Positions 16,872 to 24,753 of a DNA stretch of 43,701 nt are shown here, piece by piece. The notes beneath the pieces are model-generated. The model searched no databases, had not been told where the DNA came from, and worked only from the letters and a program-made list of their open reading frames with translations. Source of the stretch: Betaproteobacteria bacterium (GTDB lineage: Bacteria > Nitrospirota > UBA9217). Each line of letters opens with the position of its first letter. Position 1 is the first letter of the stretch. A program made the position numbers and the translations under genes. Where the stretch lies: contig JBLMWN010000067.1 in NCBI GenBank assembly GCA_050257255.1, positions 1 through 43,701 of the forward strand, written 5' to 3'.

Positions 16872-17447
16872 ATGAGAAAGTTAACCGTATTCAACTTCGT
16901 AACATTGAATGGCTACTATAAAGGACCGAAAGAAGATATCAGCTGGCATAGGCATGGCGCAGAAGAAAATGAATATGCTGCCGAGGGACTCAAATCCGGG
17001 GGCGCGCTTCTCTTTGGACGAGTGACCTATGAGCTCATGGCAAGCTACTGGCCGACGCCGATTGCGATCAAAAATGACCCGATCATCGCTGAAGGAATGA
17101 ATCGTGCAGACAAAATTGTCTTTTCAAGGACACTGGAAAAAGTCGAGTGGTACAATACCAGGCTGGTGAAGGACAACATTGTGGAAGAAATAAAAAAAAT
17201 GAAGCAGATGCCCGGGAAGAATATGACGCTGCTGGGCAGCGGCAGCATTGCAACCCACTTTGAAGAACGGGGTTTGATCGATGAATATCAGATCATGGTG
17301 GATCCCGTTGTCCTGGGCGACGGCACGCCAATATTCAAAGGCATCAAGCACAAGCTGGACCTGAAACTTACAACGACAAGAACATTTAAGAGTGGCGTTG
17401 TTCTTCTTTGCTACCAGCCTGCTCATAAATTCGCGGATGAACTTTAA
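16872..17447 (+). CDS. Dihydrofolate reductase family protein (RibD C-terminal domain), paralogue 3
   Basis: MRKLTVFNFVTLNGYYKGP...LLFGRVTYELMASYWP. Long nucleotide identities with 14978..15547, for example gtgacctatgagctcatggca. Confidence 0.9.
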   Translation: MRKLTVFNFVTLNGYYKGPKEDISWHRHGAEENEYAAEGLKSGGALLFGRVTYELMASYWPTPIAIKNDPIIAEGMNRADKIVFSRTLEKVEWYNTRLVKDNIVEEIKKMKQMPGKNMTLLGSGSIATHFEERGLIDEYQIMVDPVVLGDGTPIFKGIKHKLDLKLTTTRTFKSGVVLLCYQPAHKFADEL

Positions 17448-17480
17448 AGCGGCCACCCTCTATGGATTTCGTTGTAGACT

Positions 17481-17945
17481 TCACGTAACCATCTCCGGCA
17501 CGATCATCCATTCCACTGCCCAGCGGCCGTCTTCGAACCGCTTCAGGCAGACAATGCCCCCCATCTTGAAATCGATGAACGTCTTCTCCTTCTCCCCGCA
17601 AAGGAGAATGCCGGAAAGCTTCGCCATGTACGGAAGGTGCCCCACAAGCATGATATCTTCATTCATCCCTGCAAGACGCCTGGCCCAGACTTCGGGATCA
17701 TCCATCGGCGCGAGATCATCGGTCTGGGATATGTCCTTTTCCGGCTTGAGATGGTCGGCGAGTATCTTCGCAGTCTGCATGGCCCGGGTCTTGCCGCTGT
17801 GGAATATCCGGCTGACGCGCATAATTGTGTTCCCCGCATCGGCTGCGACCTTCGTCACATCGTCGATTCCCTTTTCCGTGAGTCCCCTCGCCGGATCCTC
17901 CTCTTCTTTCCTTGCCTCGCCGTGTTGTACGAGATAAAGAAACAT
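17481..17945 (-). CDS. sixA: Phosphohistidine phosphatase SixA-like (histidine phosphatase superfamily)
   Basis: MFLYLVQHGEA...GLTEKG...LVGHLP. ATG 17945 lies 5 nt after GAGGTGA. Confidence 0.8.
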   Translation of the reverse strand: MFLYLVQHGEARKEEEDPARGLTEKGIDDVTKVAADAGNTIMRVSRIFHSGKTRAMQTAKILADHLKPEKDISQTDDLAPMDDPEVWARRLAGMNEDIMLVGHLPYMAKLSGILLCGEKEKTFIDFKMGGIVCLKRFEDGRWAVEWMIVPEMVT

Positions 17946-18098
17946 GCCGTCACCTCGTTGATAAAATATTGACGCAGAATGAGGCCTGCGGCTATATACA
18001 AAAAAATAAACAACCATGACGCGCCCTTTGGGTGCGTAGTACCATGGATATTCACAGCTATAGTATAATTATACCGTAAAGACATCGGAGATTGCCTC

Positions 18099-18758
18099 AT
18101 GAAATGGCCAAAAACGTTCACAATCAAAGAGGCTCGAGAGCTTCAGAACCGGCTTCGTGAGAAGGTGCGCATATCGCCTCTCAAAACAGAGCCGCGGTAC
18201 GTCGCAGGCCTTGACGCAGCGTTCTCGGGAGGCCGCGTCTTCGCCGCCGCATGTCTCTATCTTTTTCCGGAGCTTTGCCTCGTCGAGCAGCAATCCTCTG
18301 TTCAGGAACTCTCATTCCCCTATGTCCCGGGTTTCCTCTCGTTCCGCGAAGGGCCGGCGATCATTGCGGCTCTCAGAAAATTATCACACAGGCCCGACCT
18401 CATCCTCGTCGACGGACAGGGCATTGCTCATCCGAGAGGCATCGGGATTGCTTCCTCCGCAGGCGTGCTAACGGGCATACCCGCGATCGGCTGCGCCAAA
18501 TCGAGGCTTCTCGGTGAATATGAAAACCCGGGGAAAAAGAAAGGCGATTGGTCTCCGCTCATGCTTGAGAACAACATCATCGGGGCGGTTTTGAGGACCC
18601 GGGACAATACGCGACCGCTCTTTATATCTCCCGGCCATAAGACCGACCTCAACTCAGCAATCCGCCTCACCCTTGCCTGCACCGGAAGGTACAGAATTCC
18701 CGAGCCACTCAGATGCGCGGACATGCTATCGAAGAAGATTAAGAAAACGCATTCCTGA
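18099..18758 (+). CDS. nfi: Endonuclease V (deoxyinosine 3' endonuclease)
   Basis: VAGLDAAF...YVPGFLSFREGP...LILVDGQGIAHPRGIGIASSAG...IGCAKS. Confidence 0.92.
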   Translation: MKWPKTFTIKEARELQNRLREKVRISPLKTEPRYVAGLDAAFSGGRVFAAACLYLFPELCLVEQQSSVQELSFPYVPGFLSFREGPAIIAALRKLSHRPDLILVDGQGIAHPRGIGIASSAGVLTGIPAIGCAKSRLLGEYENPGKKKGDWSPLMLENNIIGAVLRTRDNTRPLFISPGHKTDLNSAIRLTLACTGRYRIPEPLRCADMLSKKIKKTHS

Positions 18759-18906
18759 TATCCCTCAACCTAAGAACAGCACTGGGTGAATTCTCTTCTT
18801 GCCGTGCGGCTTTGAAACAATCGGTGCTCATCCGCGTTGATTCGTGGTTACATACACTTTTCAGGTTCGACGACTCTGAAATTTTGCGCCATTTAAAGCC
18901 GAATTG

Positions 18907-18915
18907 TGGTATCAT
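18907..18915 (+). promoter_or_regulatory. Candidate extended -10 element (TGgTATCAT)
   Basis: It lies 43 nt upstream of the PAP2 ATG and has the same TGGTAT core as the element at 1587. No convincing -35. Confidence 0.3.
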
Positions 18916-18958
18916 GTGGATTCGCAATGACGGTTAACCAATAGCGGGGATTTTAGTC

Positions 18959-19846
18959 ATGAACAAGCTCAGGTTTAACAACTGTATCATTCTCTGCGTT
19001 GTGTTTCTCTACTGTACATTCTCTGCCCTTGCTCAAGCAGAGCAGGCGAGTACCCCTGCGGATGTTCCAGCTCAGGAAGTGCAGCCCGAGAAGGACGCGT
19101 CGTCGGAAGCGCCCGTCGAGTTCAACAAAGACTATTTCAAAGCGTATGTCACGGACTTCAAGAGCATCATTACATCACCGGGACGATGGGACTCATCGGA
19201 CTGGATCACGGCATCGATTGTCACGGGCATATCGGTGGGATTGTTCACGCAGGATGATAAGATACAGACCTGGGTCCAGAAACACAAGAACAGGACAACG
19301 TCACATCTCTCAGACGATGCAAAGCAAATAGGTGCTTATTCCGTCCCAGCCGTGATAGGACTTGGCCTTTACGGCTATGCGGCTTCGGATGCAAAAGCCA
19401 AGAAAACCTTCCTGCTGAGCGCGGAGAGTTTCATCGTCACGGGCGCCTTCGTACAGGTTCTCAAGCGCTCCACCGGTCGGCACCGACCCTTTACTGGAGA
19501 CTCGCACGACACGTGGTCCGTCCCAAGCATTTCAGGCAATAATGACCACCACTCGTTCCCCTCTGGCGATGCCTCGTCCGCGTTTGCAATCGCGTCGGTC
19601 GTGGCTTCGGAATATAACAATGTGATAGTTCCTCCTCTGGTCTACACCGCATCGACCCTCATCGCCCTTGTGCGCGTGCATAACAATGGCCATTGGTCGT
19701 CCGATGTATTCGTCGGATCGGCCATAGGATACTTTACCGGGAAGGCGATCGTCGCTTCGCACCGGGGAAGCGGGGAAAGCAGGCTGAGCCTGGCGCCGAT
19801 GATGACCGGGGACAGCATGGGAATGTGTTTGGCATACAAGTTTTAG
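18959..19846 (+). CDS. PAP2-superfamily phosphatase with signal peptide (C2 motif PSGD instead of PSGH)
   Basis: C1 KRSTGRHRP, C2 FPSGDASS, C3 RVHNNGHWSSD. N-terminal signal/TM CIILCVVFLYCTFSALA. Confidence 0.85.
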   Translation: MNKLRFNNCIILCVVFLYCTFSALAQAEQASTPADVPAQEVQPEKDASSEAPVEFNKDYFKAYVTDFKSIITSPGRWDSSDWITASIVTGISVGLFTQDDKIQTWVQKHKNRTTSHLSDDAKQIGAYSVPAVIGLGLYGYAASDAKAKKTFLLSAESFIVTGAFVQVLKRSTGRHRPFTGDSHDTWSVPSISGNNDHHSFPSGDASSAFAIASVVASEYNNVIVPPLVYTASTLIALVRVHNNGHWSSDVFVGSAIGYFTGKAIVASHRGSGESRLSLAPMMTGDSMGMCLAYKF

Positions 19847-19859
19847 ATAATTTGCGCCG

Positions 19860-19940
19860 ATGATAGCGGGAATTATCATTTCTGCGAAGGCAGGAATCCC
19901 GTCTGTTGCCTATCGGGCCAATTCCCGTTTGCACGGGAAT
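19860..19940. repeat. Cluster of three REP-like hairpins (GGGAAT/ATTCCC family) between convergent genes
   Basis: Three hairpins: atgata-gcgggaat-tatcat (19860-79), atttctgc-gaag-gcaggaat (19878-97), and attcccg-tttgca-cgggaat (19921-40). Confidence 0.6.
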
Positions 19941-19960
19941 GTCGGACAGCGGTGAGTCGA

Positions 19961-20506
19961 TTAAGCACGCTCAAGCACAATCGGCAGGTTCGCCTTCGTT
20001 TCGAGCGCTTTGAGTACGGCCTCTTTCATCTGTTCTTTCCCCAGGTCTTCCTTGCCTGTCATCGCTTCGATATCGATCCTGACGACCCCGGTGATCTTCA
20101 GCTTATCTTCGGGAAACTCTCCATACCCGCCCTCAGGCTGGTATTTCCCCAGCAGCAGCCTAAGACCGTGCAGTCGTTCCGACGGGTCTTCGACCAGATG
20201 TGCCCTGCCCTTCATGATCACGCTCTGATAAAGATATTCGGCGCGGCAGGGACTCCCCGTGCTCTTTACGAGCGCGATCGGCAGGTCCGCTTCAAAGCAG
20301 ACGCGATTGTCCCGCCTGATATCGTCGATCTTCTCGCCTTGCATTGCCGTATGAAAATATATCTTTCCGTCCTCATAGGCAAAGTTCAGAGGTTTGACCA
20401 TGGGATAGCCGTCCCTCGTGACAGTCCCGAGCCTGCCGACGTGGCAGGTATTCAAAAGTTCTGTCACGACCTTTCTGTCTTTGATCTCTTTCTTTGACTG
20501 CCGCAT
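19961..20506 (-). CDS. Pyridoxamine 5'-phosphate oxidase family (FMN-binding split-barrel) protein
   Basis: LLNTCHVGRLGTVTRDGYPMVKPLNFAY.DGKIYFHTA..GEKI. ATG 20506 lies 5 nt after GAGGAG. Confidence 0.85.
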   Translation of the reverse strand: MRQSKKEIKDRKVVTELLNTCHVGRLGTVTRDGYPMVKPLNFAYEDGKIYFHTAMQGEKIDDIRRDNRVCFEADLPIALVKSTGSPCRAEYLYQSVIMKGRAHLVEDPSERLHGLRLLLGKYQPEGGYGEFPEDKLKITGVVRIDIEAMTGKEDLGKEQMKEAVLKALETKANLPIVLERA

Positions 20507-20596
20507 GGCTCGCTCCTCACAACAATGCCACAGCAAAACTGTTGCACGAAACATTTAAACTACACTGGAGTGCTGCACGGTTGTCAAGAAACGGCC

Positions 20597-21130
20597 TTAT
20601 TCGACGAGGTCGGCCTCCACGTCGAGAAAGATCTGCACTTCTTTTCCCGCCACCAGGCCGCCTCCTTCCATCGGTTCACTCCCCCACATGATGCCGAAAT
20701 CCTCGCGGTTAATAGCTGTGGTCCCGGAAAACCCCACAGTCGTCTCGTCTCCGTAAGGGTTTTTACGCGGCCCGGCATATTCCCCCTCGAACGTGACCGG
20801 CAGTGTCCTCCCATGGATCGTCAAATTGCCGCGCACCCGGCACCGGTTGTTATCGAGAAAATCGACCGCCTTGCTCGTGAATGTGATCGTGGGATATTTC
20901 CCCTGGTCGAAAAAATCCCCGGTCAGGAGGTGTTCGTCTCTTTTCCGAATCCCTGTAGTGACGCTGGCGACATCTATTTCCACATCAACCGATGTACGGG
21001 ACGTATCAGCGGGATCAAAATAGATCATGCCTTTCATCTTCGTGAATTGGCCGCGCACATGTGCGAGCGCCATGTGTCTGATCGCGAAGGCTGCGCAGGA
21101 ATGATCCGGATCGATCATCCATTTGGCCAT
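20597..21130 (-). CDS. YceI-family polyisoprenoid-binding protein
   Basis: WMIDPDHSCAAFAIRHMALAHVRGQF...GNLTIHGRT. ATG 21130 follows GAGGAGGG. Confidence 0.9.
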   Translation of the reverse strand: MAKWMIDPDHSCAAFAIRHMALAHVRGQFTKMKGMIYFDPADTSRTSVDVEIDVASVTTGIRKRDEHLLTGDFFDQGKYPTITFTSKAVDFLDNNRCRVRGNLTIHGRTLPVTFEGEYAGPRKNPYGDETTVGFSGTTAINREDFGIMWGSEPMEGGGLVAGKEVQIFLDVEADLVE

Positions 21131-21294
21131 ATTGCATCCCTCCTCAAACCTATTTGTAACAATTATACACGCCCACAGCACAGACTTTTTAAAAAAATCC
21201 TGTCTTTTAAAAATTATTTCCAGCGCTCTTCTCTATTGCCAAACCCATAGTCGGAGATTTATAATAATGCGTCAATGTTGACACAAAGGGGGGG

Positions 21295-22299
21295 TTGGTC
21301 TTGAGCATAAAGGTGGTCGCTCTCATCTCGGGCGGGCTGGACAGCGTCCTGGCGGCAAAGGTGATCATGGAGCAGCGCTTCGATGTCATCGGCCTCTACT
21401 TCACGTCTGCATTTTCCAAGAGCTACGGGAATGAGCAGGATACCTGTGCAGCGCGGGTAGCCAAGGTCATCGGGATCGACCTCCGCATCACGGATATGGG
21501 ACAGGACTACATTGATCTGGTCCGGAACCCTGTGCATGGATACGGAAAAAACGTGAACCCCTGCATCGACTGCAAAATCTTCATGCTCAAAAAAGCAAAG
21601 GCAATCATGCAGGAAGTGAATGCGCCCTTCGTGGTTACCGGCGAGGTTCTCGGGCAGCGGCCCATGTCACAGCGCCGCGACACCCTACATGTGATCGAGC
21701 GTGACGCGGACATGCGCGGCATGATCGTTCGTCCCCTCTCGGCGACATTGCTGCCGCCGACCAACGCCGAGCAGGACGGCCTGATCCAGCGGGAAAAGCT
21801 CCTGGGCATCAGCGGGCGTTCGCGCGCGGTTCAGCTGCAACTTGCGGAAAGGTACGGGATCCGCGGCTACTCTACTCCCGCCGGTGGCTGCCTCCTGACG
21901 GACAAGAACTTCTCCGACAAGCTGCGCGACCTCTTTCATGAGAAAAAAGCGGTCTCGCCCAACGACATCCGGCTGCTCACCGTCGGCCGTCACTACCGAA
22001 TCGACGCAGGCAATAAAATCGTGCTGGGTCGCAACAACAAGGAAAATAAGATGCTCATGGCCCTTGCTCCCCATGGGTATCACCTGTTCGTGCCGCATGG
22101 CTTTCCGGGACCCGTCGCCCTATTGAGCGGGACCCCCGCGATGGACATCAAACAGACCATTGGACGTCTCATTATCACGTATAGCAAGCACGTCCCCGGC
22201 CGCACCTTTCTGATCCGCTATGGCAATGACATCTTCAACCCGGGAGAACCGCTTCCGATCAACGGTTTCCCGTTGCGGCGCGTCGGAGCAGATAATTAA
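21295..22299 (+). CDS. PP-loop ATP pyrophosphatase, ThiI C-terminal-like (putative tRNA/small-molecule sulfurtransferase)
   Basis: SGGLDS PP-loop, NPCIDCK, TGEVLGQRPMSQ, RPL, PAGGC. No THUMP domain. Start is TTG 21295 or TTG 21301, after AAAGGGGGGG. Confidence 0.8.
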   Translation: MVLSIKVVALISGGLDSVLAAKVIMEQRFDVIGLYFTSAFSKSYGNEQDTCAARVAKVIGIDLRITDMGQDYIDLVRNPVHGYGKNVNPCIDCKIFMLKKAKAIMQEVNAPFVVTGEVLGQRPMSQRRDTLHVIERDADMRGMIVRPLSATLLPPTNAEQDGLIQREKLLGISGRSRAVQLQLAERYGIRGYSTPAGGCLLTDKNFSDKLRDLFHEKKAVSPNDIRLLTVGRHYRIDAGNKIVLGRNNKENKMLMALAPHGYHLFVPHGFPGPVALLSGTPAMDIKQTIGRLIITYSKHVPGRTFLIRYGNDIFNPGEPLPINGFPLRRVGADN

Positions 22300-22476
22300 G
22301 TTTTCCTAAGTTATCCCGATGAATCGACACTCCTCCGGCTGTTTCATTGACGCCCTCCGAACAACGGCAATGACCCCACCTCACGGCAAATCATGATAGA
22401 ATAAGAGTGAGCGGTGCATCTTGTTTCGCACGCGGGAATTATCGTACCTGATGATCGATCACCCGGTGAGGTCTTC

Positions 22477-23562
22477 ATGCCTGCGATAATCGTTCAAGCG
22501 GTCACAGCCTATCTTGAGTCCCTCTATGGCGTACCGGTTCGCATTCTTTCCATGACCAAAGAAGGAAGGCAGGAAACCAGCGAGGACCTGAAGGCCTTCG
22601 GGTACGGTTCGCCGCTCTTCATCGAATTCGAGGTAAACGGAGAACGAAGGAAGGCTGTACTCGAGACCATGGCGCCTTCAAGCTATGGCCATGACCATTT
22701 CTCGGACCGCGCCCAGTCGATCCTCTGGGAGCATGCTTCTTTCAACAACCTTCCCCGTCACGTGCGTTCCCTCGACAGCGGCGCCTTTCTTGAATCGGGC
22801 GGCATCATTTCCACGGGGAAAGCCCGGGAGTTTTTCCTGCTGACTGAATTTGTGGAAGGGAACGGGTATTTCAAGGACCTGGAACGCATCGGGAGCACGG
22901 GCGCAGCCACTGACGGGGACTTCAACCGGGTCCGGGCTCTTTCCGACTACCTTGTCGGGATCCACTCCCGAAAGTTCGACTCGCCGGGTTTGTACGTCCG
23001 GAGAGTCCGCGATCTCCTTGGTCATGGTGAATGCGTCATGGGGCTCATAGACAACTACCCCCAATCCTACGAATTTATCAACGGCCCGCTTCTCCACAAA
23101 ATCGAAGAAGCATGCCTTCAATGGCGCTGGCGGATCAAGAACCGCACGCACCGGCTCTGCCAGGTGCACGGCGACTTCCATCCCTGGAACATCCTGTTCC
23201 GGGAAGGAACCGACTTTACCCTGCTGGACCGCTCGCGCGGGGAGTGGGGTGAGCCAGCGGACGATACGACCTGCCTCAGCATCAACTATGTGTTCTCCTC
23301 CCTTGTGCGCGCAGGCAGACTCGAAGGTCCCTTTGAAAAAATGTTCTTCCTATTCTGGGACAATTATCTGGAGAAAACGAACGACCGCGAGATGCTCGAC
23401 GTTGCCGCCCCATTCTTTGCCTGGCGCGGCCTGGTGATCGGAAGCCCGGTCTGGTACCCGCGCCTCCCTGCAGGAGTGCGGCGGATGATTTTTAATTTCA
23501 TACAGAATGTCCTCAACGCCGAGCGATTTGATCCCGCAGACGTGAACAGGTATCTCAGATGA
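22477..23562 (+). CDS. Aminoglycoside/choline-kinase-type phosphotransferase (APH family)
   Basis: Brenner motif HGDFHPWNILF, followed by LLDRSRGEWGEPADD. ATG 22477 lies after GGTGAGG. Confidence 0.85.
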   Translation: MPAIIVQAVTAYLESLYGVPVRILSMTKEGRQETSEDLKAFGYGSPLFIEFEVNGERRKAVLETMAPSSYGHDHFSDRAQSILWEHASFNNLPRHVRSLDSGAFLESGGIISTGKAREFFLLTEFVEGNGYFKDLERIGSTGAATDGDFNRVRALSDYLVGIHSRKFDSPGLYVRRVRDLLGHGECVMGLIDNYPQSYEFINGPLLHKIEEACLQWRWRIKNRTHRLCQVHGDFHPWNILFREGTDFTLLDRSRGEWGEPADDTTCLSINYVFSSLVRAGRLEGPFEKMFFLFWDNYLEKTNDREMLDVAAPFFAWRGLVIGSPVWYPRLPAGVRRMIFNFIQNVLNAERFDPADVNRYLR

Positions 23563-24086
23563 ACGAGCAGAAAGGGTTTGCGGTCTGGTTTACCGGAATA
23601 CCGGCTTCGGGCAAGAGTTCCATCGCCCGTGAGCTCGTAAGAAAAATGAGCGATCTGGGTGTGCCCGTTGTGGTGCTGGAATCGGACGAGATGCGCAGGA
23701 TTCTGACCCCCAACGCAACCTACAGTTCCGATGAACGCGACCGGTTCTATCGAGCCCTGGTGCTCATCGGCGGAATGATAACCCGAAACGGCATCAACGT
23801 GATATTCGATGCAACGGCAAACAGGCGGGCCTACCGCGATCACGCGCGATCGCTCATCCCGAAATTCATTGAAGCCTATGTCCGGTGTCCCCTCGACGTC
23901 TGCATGAAACGGGACCCGAAGGGGATTTACGGTCGCGCCGCAGCTGGACAAACGACCACGGTCCCTGGAATTCAAAGCCCCTACGAACCGCCCTTGAACC
24001 CGGAACTCGCGCTGGACGGACAAGATTCCCCGGATGGGAGTGCTGACGTAGTTTTAGAAAAATTAAAGCAGCTGTTATACATATAA
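23559..24086 (+). CDS. Adenylyl-sulfate (APS) kinase-like P-loop kinase, divergent
   Basis: P-loop GIPASGKSS and CysC-like C-terminus RDPKGIYGRAAAGQTTTVPGIQSPYEPPLNPE. The substrate loops are diverged: LESDEMR versus the canonical LDGDNxR. ATGA overlap with the upstream kinase. Confidence 0.8.
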   Translation: MNEQKGFAVWFTGIPASGKSSIARELVRKMSDLGVPVVVLESDEMRRILTPNATYSSDERDRFYRALVLIGGMITRNGINVIFDATANRRAYRDHARSLIPKFIEAYVRCPLDVCMKRDPKGIYGRAAAGQTTTVPGIQSPYEPPLNPELALDGQDSPDGSADVVLEKLKQLLYI

Positions 24087-24145
24087 ACGGTTTTTTCCCC
24101 CCTATTTGCGAAACTCATTTGACTGCCCTGTACCCCTCCTATAAA

Positions 24146-24601
24146 ATGGCCCCCATGGGGAAAAAAGTTACCTATGAACGATGGATCAACCTTTTTCTGC
24201 CCGATGGTTGGAACGAACGGGAAGAAATGGGATTTGTTCTGCTCGAAAAAAACGGCTGGCCGGGCATGGTCCAGCTCTCGTTCATCGAACGGGATGAGAC
24301 AAAGCGGTCGCCAGCTGACGCGGCCACGATCCTCCTTGAAGATACGCTGGAAGAACGCGATATCCCGTTCCCTCGTGAGGCGGTCAAGGTCGAGGACCGG
24401 GGGAACATGGGTATCGCTAGCCTCGATTATACGTTTCAGGACAAGGAAGAGCCGACCCATTGGCGGATATGGTTCCTTGTTGACAAGACCCGCGCCCTCA
24501 TGGCTGCCTACGTCAGCAGCCCTGACAACGACGTTCCTTTCCTCGATGAAGCCACGCGCATAATCGCCGACATCGAGTTCATCCCGTCTACGAACGTCTG
24601 A
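24146..24601 (+). CDS. Hypothetical protein
   Basis: Co-directional with the kinase pair and has more protein-like composition than the overlapping antisense ORF. No family recognised. The start is uncertain (TTG 24119, ATG 24146 or ATG 24155). Confidence 0.55.
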   Translation: MAPMGKKVTYERWINLFLPDGWNEREEMGFVLLEKNGWPGMVQLSFIERDETKRSPADAATILLEDTLEERDIPFPREAVKVEDRGNMGIASLDYTFQDKEEPTHWRIWFLVDKTRALMAAYVSSPDNDVPFLDEATRIIADIEFIPSTNV

Positions 24602-24647
24602 CCGCATCCCGGAGAAAACCGCAAACCAAGCATCATAATGGCAAAGA

Positions 24648-24695
24648 CACTGCAGCCCTCGTGGTTAGCGTACTGTGTCCCCCACGGCTGCAGTG
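24648..24695. terminator. Perfect 10-bp inverted repeat between convergent genes (possible bidirectional terminator)
   Basis: cactgcagcc (24648-57) pairs with ggctgcagtg (24686-95). TTTTTT lies 15 nt downstream on the plus strand and UCUUUG follows directly on the minus strand. Confidence 0.45.
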
Positions 24696-24753
24696 CCTCG
24701 GTGTGGTGCGTCTTTTTTCCTGCTGCAGAGAAAAATCCGAGAGTGAAGAGGGA

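Noticed and set aside
23981-24607. A 208-aa minus-strand ORF opposite the hypothetical gene 24146..24601.
   Set aside because: It overlaps the 3' end of the APS-kinase-like gene and is oriented against the operon. The plus-strand alternative has more protein-like composition. The choice remains only moderately confident.
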